Assembly: GCA_030059665.1 (NCBI GenBank)
Contig: JANVYR010000002.1
Coordinates: 61,286 to 85,285, forward strand
Direction of reading: 5' to 3'
DNA length: 24,000 nucleotides
DNA from: Candidatus Calditenuis fumarioli
GTDB lineage: Archaea > Thermoproteota > Nitrososphaeria_A > Caldarchaeales > Calditenuaceae
A program made the translations under genes and the position numbers. Below the pieces are notes generated by a model, which was not told where the DNA came from, ran no database searches, and was given only the letters and a program-made list of their open reading frames with translations. Below, in pieces: positions 1 through 7,256 of this stretch. Numbering within the stretch: the stretch's first letter is position 1; every line of letters begins with the position of its first letter.

Positions 1-1257
1 AGGAGGGCCCTCCAGGTGGCTCTGAGGAGGCTCGAGGAGATAGCCAAGCCGGTATCGCTCAACGACCGCGAGACCCTCAGGAAGATCGTCAAGACCTCCC
101 TCGGTAGCAAGTCCCTCGGCTTCGCGACCGACCACATCGCGGACCTGGCGATCGACGCGGTGCTCAGCGTCGTCAGGGAGGTGAACGGCAAGAGGAAGGC
201 CGACAAGGACGACATCCAGATCGTCAAGAAGATCGGGAAGAGCCTCCTCGAGTCCCAGGTCGTCAAGGGGATCATCGTGGACAAGGAGGTGGTCCACCCG
301 GCGATGCCGAAGACCGTCAAGAACGCGAAGATAGCCCTCATCGATGCTCCCTTCGAGATTGAGAAGACCGAGTTCAGCGCCGAGATCAGGATAAGGAGCC
401 CGGAGCTGATGAAGCAGTTCCTCGACGAGGAGCACAGGATCCTCCAAGAGATGGTCGACAAGGTCGCCTCGGTGGGCGCGAACGTGGTCTTCTGCCAGAA
501 GGGGATCGACGACGCGGCCCAGTTCTTCCTCGCGAAGAGGGGCATACTGGCGGTCAGGAGGGTGAAGAGGAGCGACATGGAGAAGCTCGAGAAGGCCACA
601 GGTGGGAGGATCGTCACCAACTTCGAGGACCTCCAGCCGAAGGACCTGGGCTACGCCGAGCTGGTCGAGGAGAGGAAGATCGGCGAGGACCGCATGGTCT
701 TCGTCGAGGGCTGTAAGGACCCGAAGGCGGTCTCGGTGCTGATCAGGGCCGGACTCGAGCGCCAGCTTGACGAGGCCGAGAGGGCGCTGAACGACGCGAT
801 CATGAACGTGATCAACATCGTCGACGACAACCGCTTCGTCCCCGGCGGAGGCGCTGTCGAGGTCGAGCTGGCCAAGGCCGTCAGGGAGGAGGCCTCGAAG
901 TACCCGGGGAAGGAGCAGCTGGCGATGCTGGCCTTCGCTGAGGCGCTGGAGATCATACCCAAGACGCTCGCGGAGAACGCGGGCCTCGACCCGATCGACA
1001 TCATGACGTCCCTCAGGAACAAGCACGCCGAGAACGGGATCTCCTACGGCATCAACCTGCTCACCGGCAAGGTCGACGACATGTTCCAGCTCGGCGTGAT
1101 CGAGCCCCTCAAGGTGAAGGTTCAGGCGCTGAAGTCGAGCTTCGAGGCATCCGCGATGATCCTGAGGATCGACGACGTCATCGCCGCAAGCAAGAAGAAG
1201 GAAGAGGAGAAGAAGAGCAAGAAGGGCGAGGAGACCGAGTCCTCCGAGTTCGACTGA
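1..1257 (+). CDS. Thermosome (group II chaperonin) subunit, 5' end cut by the window edge
   Basis: Frame 1 is open from base 1, and the track's GTG at 16 is internal. The roughly 419 aa present align by eye with the equatorial/intermediate C-terminal two thirds of thermosomes, including VPGGGAVEVELA and GVIEPLKVK. The tail is Lys/Glu-rich. Stop at 1255-1257. Confidence 0.95.
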   Translation, partial: RRALQVALRRLEEIAKPVSLNDRETLRKIVKTSLGSKSLGFATDHIADLAIDAVLSVVREVNGKRKADKDDIQIVKKIGKSLLESQVVKGIIVDKEVVHPAMPKTVKNAKIALIDAPFEIEKTEFSAEIRIRSPELMKQFLDEEHRILQEMVDKVASVGANVVFCQKGIDDAAQFFLAKRGILAVRRVKRSDMEKLEKATGGRIVTNFEDLQPKDLGYAELVEERKIGEDRMVFVEGCKDPKAVSVLIRAGLERQLDEAERALNDAIMNVINIVDDNRFVPGGGAVEVELAKAVREEASKYPGKEQLAMLAFAEALEIIPKTLAENAGLDPIDIMTSLRNKHAENGISYGINLLTGKVDDMFQLGVIEPLKVKVQALKSSFEASAMILRIDDVIAASKKKEEEKKSKKGEETESSEFD

Positions 1258-1293
1258 GCTTCTCCAATCCAATCTTTCTCAGAGCGTCCAGCG

Positions 1294-1298
1294 TTTTT
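1294..1298 (+). terminator. Oligo-T tract (T5) downstream of the thermosome stop, a possible archaeal termination signal
   Basis: gcgTTTTTcc lies 37 nt after the stop codon. Archaeal RNAP terminates at T-runs. A second T5 sits at 1358-1362. Confidence 0.3.
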
Positions 1299-1392
1299 CC
1301 CGTCGCCTTTCCCGTTCCCCGGCTGACGTCATTTCCCGACCGTCAAAGGTCTCAAGATTTTTGTTCTGAAGTGCCGTGACCCAACGGAAGGC

Positions 1393-2805
1393 ATGCAGGG
1401 GTCTTCCGACGTGGGCGTTCTGGGCTTGGGGCCGATGGGCGAGAACTTCGCGCTGAACCTGCTGAGCAGGGGCTTCTCCGTCTCGGTCTACAACAGGACC
1501 CCCGAGAGGACCAGGGCCTTCCTCGAGAGGTCCGGAGCCCCTGAGGGTCTGAGGGCGACCTACTCCGTCCAGGAGTTCGTCTCGTCGCTCTCCAGGCCCA
1601 GGAGGGTCTTCCTCTTCGTCAAGGCAGGCGCGCCGGTCGACGAGGTCATCGCGCAGCTGAGGCCCCACCTCGAGGAGGGCGACGTTCTAATCGACTGCGG
1701 CAACTCCCACTTCAGGGACTCGGACAGGAGGTACCAGGAGCTGCTGGGGCAGGGGGTCGACTTCATCGGCATGGGCGTCAGCGGAGGCTACGAGGGAGCT
1801 CTGCGGGGTCCTTCGATGATGGCGGGAGGCTCGATCAGGGGCTACGGGTCGGTCGAGGGCGTTCTGCGGGAGGTCGCTGCGCGCCACCACGGCGACCCCT
1901 GCGTGGCCTACTTCGGTCCAGGAGGCTCGGGACACCTGGTGAAGACGGTGCACAACGGGATCGAGTACGCCATGATGGGAGCGATAGCCGAGGTCTACGG
2001 CGTCCTGCGCGCAGGCCTCGGGATGGGCCCGGAGGAGGCGTCCGAGGTCTTCGAGTCCTGGTCGAACGGCGAGCTCTCCTCCTTCCTCGTGGAGGCGACG
2101 TACAGGGTGCTGAGGTACAGGGAGCGGGAATCGGAGGGGCCCCTGATAGAGCGGGTGCTGGACGTCGCGGAGCAGAAGGGAACGGGGTTGTGGACCGCAC
2201 AGCTCTCGCTCGAGCTCGGCGTCCCCTCCCCCTCCATCTCGGAGGCCGTACACGGTCGCTTCGTCAGCGCCATGAAAGGTTTCAGGGAGAAGGCTTCGAG
2301 GTTCGCCTGCAGCGCAGGCCCTTCCACCGCGGAGTCGGACCTGCTCGAGGCCTGCAGGAGCTCGCTGTACCTCACCTTCGTCTCCTCCTACCTCCAGGGG
2401 TCGCTGCTGCTCGAGGCCTCTTCGAGGTCCCTCGGGTACGGCTTCGACGTCGCGGAGGCCTTCAGGGTCTGGAGGGCCGGTTGCATAATCAGGTCGAGGA
2501 TCGTGGAGAGGGCCTACTCGGCGCTGCTCGGCAGGGAGGCTGAGAGCAGGACGCTCCAGCTGATGGAGGAGTTCCACCGGGACTTCAGGGAGCGGATGGT
2601 CTGGTGGGCTGACTTCGTGGCTGCAGCGGCGAGGCTCGGCGTTCCCGCACCCGTCACCTCCTCGGCCATGAACTGGTACCTCTCGGTCACCTCCCGCAGG
2701 CTGACGGCGAACCTCGTCCAGGCCCTGAGGGACTACTTCGGCCGGCACGGCTATCAGAGGACCGACATGCCCGGGACCTTCACGTCCGACTGGGGTCGAG
2801 GGTAG
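1393..2805 (+). CDS. gnd: 6-phosphogluconate dehydrogenase, decarboxylating (long form, 470 aa)
   Basis: N-terminal Rossmann motif GVLGLGPMGENFALNL followed by YNRT. Also GNSHF, GMGVSGG and HNGIEYAMMGAIAEVY, which are classic 6PGDH blocks. ATG start, TAG stop. Confidence 0.92.
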   Translation: MQGSSDVGVLGLGPMGENFALNLLSRGFSVSVYNRTPERTRAFLERSGAPEGLRATYSVQEFVSSLSRPRRVFLFVKAGAPVDEVIAQLRPHLEEGDVLIDCGNSHFRDSDRRYQELLGQGVDFIGMGVSGGYEGALRGPSMMAGGSIRGYGSVEGVLREVAARHHGDPCVAYFGPGGSGHLVKTVHNGIEYAMMGAIAEVYGVLRAGLGMGPEEASEVFESWSNGELSSFLVEATYRVLRYRERESEGPLIERVLDVAEQKGTGLWTAQLSLELGVPSPSISEAVHGRFVSAMKGFREKASRFACSAGPSTAESDLLEACRSSLYLTFVSSYLQGSLLLEASSRSLGYGFDVAEAFRVWRAGCIIRSRIVERAYSALLGREAESRTLQLMEEFHRDFRERMVWWADFVAAAARLGVPAPVTSSAMNWYLSVTSRRLTANLVQALRDYFGRHGYQRTDMPGTFTSDWGRG

Positions 2806-3779
2806 TGGAGGTCTGGGTGCCCTGGCGCGACACCGAGCTGCTCCTCGAGCTCCCCGGTGAGGCCCTGGTAGACCTGATGGACCCTCCCGAGCCGGATCCT
2901 TCGTCGGTCAGGAACGACCCGCTCACCGACCGCAATTTTCCGGTCGCGTTGCTCGACGTGACCTTCGCGTCTCCGGGCTCGATCGGAACGCTGGTCAGGA
3001 GGTGCCCGGCCGAGGAGACCTACGTGATATCTTGGGCGGACCTGGAGTCGCCGAGCTCCGGCACGGAGCTGAGGAGGGCCGCGGAGGTCGAGGGCGCTCT
3101 TCCGGTGACGGACGTCAATGGGCTCTCGGCGCTGAGGGAGAGGGTTGCGCGCTCCGGCGAGCTCCTGCTGGTGGCTCCCTCCGTGGCCTCGCTGGTCCAC
3201 GCCCTCGATGACCGATCGCTGGCTGAGTCCGTCTGCGTCACCCTCGGCATCGGCCCGGAGGAGGTGAGGGTGGAGGTCCTCAGGTACCTCGTCGACCAGA
3301 GGGGCGAGTTCACCGGCTTCACCGGTCAGGGCCCGCAGGTCCAGGAGCCCGAGAGGGGATACGACCTGGTGGTCTGCTCTCCCGGCGGCAGGCCCTTCGA
3401 CAGGACGCTCGTCGGGTCGCTCCTGGTGGCTCTCGCAGCGTCGCGCCTCTCCGCCGACGGACGGGTTCTGGGGGTCGTCTGCGGGTGCGAGGAGGGCTTC
3501 GGGTCGAGGCTCGCGCTGGACGGAATGATCCGCGGATCCGGTGAGGGGATCAACGGCGTCTACGCGCTTCTGGCCTCCAGGTTCGTGGAGGAGAGGTCGA
3601 GGGTCAGGATCCTGACGAACGCGCCCCTTCCCCGAGCAGTCGTCCAGGAACTCCTGGGGATCCGGCAGGCGTCGAGGGTAGACGACTTAGTTCATGCGGC
3701 GACGCGGTTCGTCGGCAGGGAGATCAGGGTTGCCGTGCTCAGGAGGGCCGCTCTCGGCTTCCGGCTCCCTTCTCAGTGA
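2805..3779 (+). CDS. Divergent, shortened LarA-like (DUF2088-type) protein of unknown function
   Basis: The GTG start overlaps the gnd TAG by 1 nt (TAGTG). The N-terminus (EVWVPWRDTELLLELPGEALVDL) and the block YDLVVCSPGGRPFDRTLVGSLLVALAASRLSADGRVLGVVCGCEEGFGS resemble, from memory, LarA N-terminal and ...NGGYPLDQNIYQ...GARDGHGG regions. No GGRK (NPN-tethering Lys) block is visible. GC3-rich coding frame. Confidence 0.45.
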   Translation: MEVWVPWRDTELLLELPGEALVDLMDPPEPDPSSVRNDPLTDRNFPVALLDVTFASPGSIGTLVRRCPAEETYVISWADLESPSSGTELRRAAEVEGALPVTDVNGLSALRERVARSGELLLVAPSVASLVHALDDRSLAESVCVTLGIGPEEVRVEVLRYLVDQRGEFTGFTGQGPQVQEPERGYDLVVCSPGGRPFDRTLVGSLLVALAASRLSADGRVLGVVCGCEEGFGSRLALDGMIRGSGEGINGVYALLASRFVEERSRVRILTNAPLPRAVVQELLGIRQASRVDDLVHAATRFVGREIRVAVLRRAALGFRLPSQ

Positions 3780-3821
3780 AGGGGCCGCAAGAGGGTGATC
3801 CCTGCGCCCTTCCCTTTCCTT

Positions 3822-4904
3822 TCAGCCCAGAGGTATCGGGAACCACATGACGACGAACGTGACCAGCAGCATCCCCAGCGCTCCGATCAGCGCCAGCTTC
3901 CTCCCCCTCGAGAGCGGCGATACGTTGTCCAGCACCGGAATGTCCACGGGGTTCCTCATCAGCAGCAAGAGCAGGATCGCGAAGAAGAAATAGCCCGTGA
4001 GCAGCAGGATCCCAACGGATGCGTAGGACGCGATCAGGTGACCCCTCCTCGAGAGGAAGCTCCTGAAGACGCGGCCGCCGTCGAGCTGCCAGATCGGCAG
4101 GAGGTTCAGGCTCGTCACCACCATGCCCAGCCAGGCCGCGAAGCCGAAGGGCGGGAAGATCGGCACGAGGTTTCCCCTGCCCATGAGCAGGTCGAAGAGG
4201 TGGAAGACCAGCGGAGCTCCCAGGACCGCAACCCTCCCCTCCTGGACGAGCCTCGCCACCTCCTCCGGAGGCACCCAGGTCGCAGAGGCGTAGGAGAGGT
4301 ACGTCACGAACAGGGCCACCGCGAAGCCGGCGACCGGCCCGCTGATCCCGAGGTCGAAGAGGTCGTCCCTGTTGACGATGGGGCCACGCTGGAAGATCAC
4401 CGCGCCGAAGGTCGGCAACGTCCCCGGGATGCCCGGGATGAAGTAGGGCAGGCTCGTGTCGATGCCGTCGATCCTCGCAGAGACCTTGTGGCCGAGCTCG
4501 TGGATACCGACGATCGCCATCACGGCGGCCGCGTAGACGGCGGCGCTGAAGAGGGGGTCGTTGAACGGCGGCCTGAGGAGGTCTGAACCGCCCAGCGACC
4601 TGAGGTAACCGTCCGCAAAGGTAGTAGCTATCGTGATCAGCAGAAGCACCAGCGGCGTCGCGGTCCTCCTCCACCCCATCCCCTGCAGCCGGTAGACCCT
4701 CAGCTTCACTCCCAGCTCGTCCTGCTCCGATATCGGAACGTATCCCGTCCTGGAGAGCTCCCGGTACAGCGACTTGAAGCCCTCCTTGATCTCGGCCTCC
4801 GCCACCCGGAACGTGAGGCTCCCGCCCTCGTAGTAGACGTCCGTGACGGTGAAGTGCCTCGAGACGACCTCCTTCAGGGCCTCGACCTCATGTGGCTGCT
4901 CCAA
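3822..4904 (-). CDS. Site-2 protease family (peptidase M50) integral membrane metalloprotease
   Basis: HELGH zinc motif, a second-site motif LNLLPIWQLDGG, and multiple hydrophobic helices. The only full-length start is TTG at 4904. The first ATG is codon 76, just before TM1, so the start is uncertain. Confidence 0.9.
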   Translation of the reverse strand: MEQPHEVEALKEVVSRHFTVTDVYYEGGSLTFRVAEAEIKEGFKSLYRELSRTGYVPISEQDELGVKLRVYRLQGMGWRRTATPLVLLLITIATTFADGYLRSLGGSDLLRPPFNDPLFSAAVYAAAVMAIVGIHELGHKVSARIDGIDTSLPYFIPGIPGTLPTFGAVIFQRGPIVNRDDLFDLGISGPVAGFAVALFVTYLSYASATWVPPEEVARLVQEGRVAVLGAPLVFHLFDLLMGRGNLVPIFPPFGFAAWLGMVVTSLNLLPIWQLDGGRVFRSFLSRRGHLIASYASVGILLLTGYFFFAILLLLLMRNPVDIPVLDNVSPLSRGRKLALIGALGMLLVTFVVMWFPIPLG

Positions 4905-4953
4905 CTCCTATCCATCCCGGTGGTTTAGGTACGGACCTCCCGGGCAGACGGCC

Positions 4954-5853
4954 TCAGGCCCCCTCTTCGGCGGACTTGAATACCTCGAAGATCTCGTCGT
5001 CGTCCACCAGCAGCTTCAGCTCCTCGAAGTCGACCTTCTCTCCCCTCGAGAGCTTCTCCAGTGCCTCCCGCTTCTTACGCTCCTTTATCGCCGAGATCCT
5101 CCGCTTCAGGTACTCCTCGCGCTCAGCCCTCAACGCCCTCCGGAGGTCGAAGACCCTCGACGCGAGCAGGATCACCTCGGCCTCGTAGCGGTCCCAGACG
5201 TTCTTCACCTGCGTGTACTTCTGCCTGACCTCGTCCAGCTCCGCCTTGAGCATGTCGTACCGTGCGTTGAGCGAGTTCAGCTCAGAGGTTATCGCGGAGA
5301 TCCGGTTGTTGAGCTCCTCGAGCTCCGCCCTCTTCTCGTCGAGCGCCCTCTTCTTCGCCTCTATCTCCGGGTACATCTTGAGGAGCTCCTCGTTGATCCT
5401 GAGGGCCCTCTCGTACTCGTTCAGCATCGCCTCCAGCCTCGAGGCCTCCTCGAAGAGCCTCCTCTCCTCCTCCCTTCTCACCCTGTGCGCTGCCAGGTAC
5501 AGGTCGATCTCGTCCAGCCGCTTCCTGATCCGCTCCACGTCGATCCTCTTCAGGGTCCCCTTGATCTCGCCGCGCTTGCTCCTCACCTCGAAGACCGCGT
5601 TCAGCAGCTCCTCCCTGAGCCTCCTCACCTCGCCCCTCAGCTGCCTCGCCTTCTCGAGCAGGCTGATCTTCTCCGCCTTCAGCTCAGCAACCCTCTCCCT
5701 GATCCGCTGGAGCTCGTCCCGCAGGGCGTTACGGCGCTGGTGGTACTCGAGGGCCTCGGCCTTCACCTCGGCGATCTTGTCCTCCAGCTCCCTGATGCGC
5801 TCCCTGATCGCGTAGATCTGGTCCTCGATCGATCCGCTCTCGGTACCGCTCAT
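4954..5853 (-). CDS. Archaeal coiled-coil protein (299 aa, heptad-rich, Glu/Arg/Lys/Leu)
   Basis: The track ORF 4954..6063 was trimmed to the ATG at 5853 (MSGTESGSIEDQIYAIRE...). Upstream residues are Gly/Arg/Pro junk overlapping the GTPase gene. The ATG overlaps the upstream TGA (ATGA at 5850-5853). The sequence is almost entirely predicted coiled coil. Confidence 0.7.
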   Translation of the reverse strand: MSGTESGSIEDQIYAIRERIRELEDKIAEVKAEALEYHQRRNALRDELQRIRERVAELKAEKISLLEKARQLRGEVRRLREELLNAVFEVRSKRGEIKGTLKRIDVERIRKRLDEIDLYLAAHRVRREEERRLFEEASRLEAMLNEYERALRINEELLKMYPEIEAKKRALDEKRAELEELNNRISAITSELNSLNARYDMLKAELDEVRQKYTQVKNVWDRYEAEVILLASRVFDLRRALRAEREEYLKRRISAIKERKKREALEKLSRGEKVDFEELKLLVDDDEIFEVFKSAEEGA

Positions 5854-6611
5854 CTCAGCTCGTCCTCCCCCTCTCCGAATAGCCGGGTTATAGCCATGTG
5901 CAGGGCGGGGAAGCCCTCGAGCGTCTTGGAGGAGAGCATGACGTACGGGATCATCGAGCGTATCTCCCCCACGGCCCTTGCCACCTCTCGGGCCATCAGC
6001 ATCGTCACGCTCCCGGCGCTCAGCTCCAGGTCCTGCTCGAAGTACTCCTGGGACTCCATCCACCGGGCGATGCGCTTCATGTGCCTCGGCGGCACGATGT
6101 CGATCTTCGTCACGGCCATCATCATCGGCATCGAGAACCTGAGGAACACGGAGGCGGCCAGGAACATCGACGCTGCGAAGGACCTAGGGCCGCTGGCCAG
6201 CACCGGATCGACCAGGTACGCGATGGCTCCCCTCTCGAGGGTCAGGGCCTTCGCGATCATCGGGCCCTCCTTCCTGAAGGCGAAGATCTCCATCTGCCCC
6301 GGTGTGTCGACCAGGACGTAGTCCACGGCGAGGTCCCTGATCTCGTCGACCAGAACGTCCAGGTTCCTGGCCACCTCCCTGATGGAGTAAATCAGGGCCG
6401 AGTTCGGCCCCACGCCCCTGACGGCCATTATCTGCTCGTAGTCCACCAGCTCCCTCACGTCGACGTCGGGCTCATAGGGAAGGCTCAGCACCGCCGGATC
6501 GAGGTTCACCGTTGCGACCGACTGCTCGTTCTCCTTAAGCCAGTCCGCCAGCGCTGAGGTCAGCGTGGACTTCCCTGAGGAGGCCGTGCCGATCAGGAAT
6601 ATCGTCCTCAA
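5850..6611 (-). CDS. GPN-loop GTPase (PAB0955/Npa3/XAB1 family)
   Basis: P-loop GTASSGKST, GPN loop GVGPNSA, and DTPGQMEIF switch region. TTG is the only in-frame start, since a stop lies 8 codons upstream. Confidence 0.9.
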   Translation of the reverse strand: MRTIFLIGTASSGKSTLTSALADWLKENEQSVATVNLDPAVLSLPYEPDVDVRELVDYEQIMAVRGVGPNSALIYSIREVARNLDVLVDEIRDLAVDYVLVDTPGQMEIFAFRKEGPMIAKALTLERGAIAYLVDPVLASGPRSFAASMFLAASVFLRFSMPMMMAVTKIDIVPPRHMKRIARWMESQEYFEQDLELSAGSVTMLMAREVARAVGEIRSMIPYVMLSSKTLEGFPALHMAITRLFGEGEDELR

Positions 6612-6672
6612 CCGCCCATCCCTGATACTCTTGGTTCATAAGGGTGAGCCGAGCGCGGCCTTCGGCGCGGTG

Positions 6673-6678
6673 TTATAT
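6673..6678 (+). promoter_or_regulatory. TATA-like box (TTATAT) about 27 nt upstream of the lutC-like GTG
   Basis: This is an AT-rich hexamer in an otherwise GC-rich spacer. The spacing fits an archaeal TATA box driving a leaderless or near-leaderless mRNA. Confidence 0.35.
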
Positions 6679-6701
6679 CCCGCTGCGCTCCTCGGTCCGC
6701 G

Positions 6702-7256
6702 GTGTCCTCAAAAGCCGACCTCTTCGAACGGGCCGCTCGCCGGAACGGGATCTCGGTCCTCAGGGTCCATCGGCGTGACGAGTTGGTGGACGCGATCGCC
6801 TCGCTGGCCAAGGGCGGTGACCCGGTGGTCCTGGGAGGAGAGCTCTCGTGGCTTGAGCACCACCTCGGTCGCAGAGGTCTACGCGTGGTGCTGGCGGACG
6901 AGACGGAGCCGGTGGAGCTGCTGTCGGGGCCAGGCGCCGTCGCGGTCAGGGTAGCTTCCGGCGCCCTCCCGGAGACCGGAAGCGTGCTCCTCACCGGAAG
7001 CTTCAGGGTCCAGCTCATCACCACCCTCTCCGAGCGACTTTTGGTGCTGCTCGACGCCGATCTGCTCGAGCGGGGGATCCTGGTGGGCGACTTGATGAGG
7101 TCTGCCGTCAGGAGAGGAGGCCCACTCTACATCATCTCCGGTCCCAGCTCTACGAGGGACATCGAGCACCTTTCGGTCATCGGCGCCACGGGCCCGAGGG
7201 AGGTCACCTGTTTGCTGGTCCAGGTCGGTGAGCCATGGGCCTCGATCGCTCCGTGA
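6702..7256 (+). CDS. lutC: LUD-domain protein, LutC/YkgG-like
   Basis: About 184 aa, with a C-terminal ISGPSSTRDIE block typical of the LUD (DUF162) domain. GTG start. It overlaps the next gene by 22 nt. Confidence 0.8.
   Translation: MSSKADLFERAARRNGISVLRVHRRDELVDAIASLAKGGDPVVLGGELSWLEHHLGRRGLRVVLADETEPVELLSGPGAVAVRVASGALPETGSVLLTGSFRVQLITTLSERLLVLLDADLLERGILVGDLMRSAVRRGGPLYIISGPSSTRDIEHLSVIGATGPREVTCLLVQVGEPWASIAP

Noticed and set aside
1687-2748. 353-aa minus-strand ORF, plus ORFs 1835..2200, 1995..2375 and 2190..2543, overlapping gnd
   Set aside because: The translations are Arg/Pro/Gly/Glu-rich low-complexity sequences with no motifs. They lie antisense or off-frame to a gene with unmistakable 6PGDH motifs. 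This is the typical shadow-ORF pattern of high-GC DNA.
4843-6321. 492-aa plus-strand ORF, plus 5213..5815 and 5898..6557, opposite the coiled-coil and GPN GTPase genes
   Set aside because: The translations are Leu/Pro/Arg/Ser-rich mirror images of the coiled-coil codons. No domain signatures are present, while the minus-strand frames carry P-loop, GPN and heptad features.
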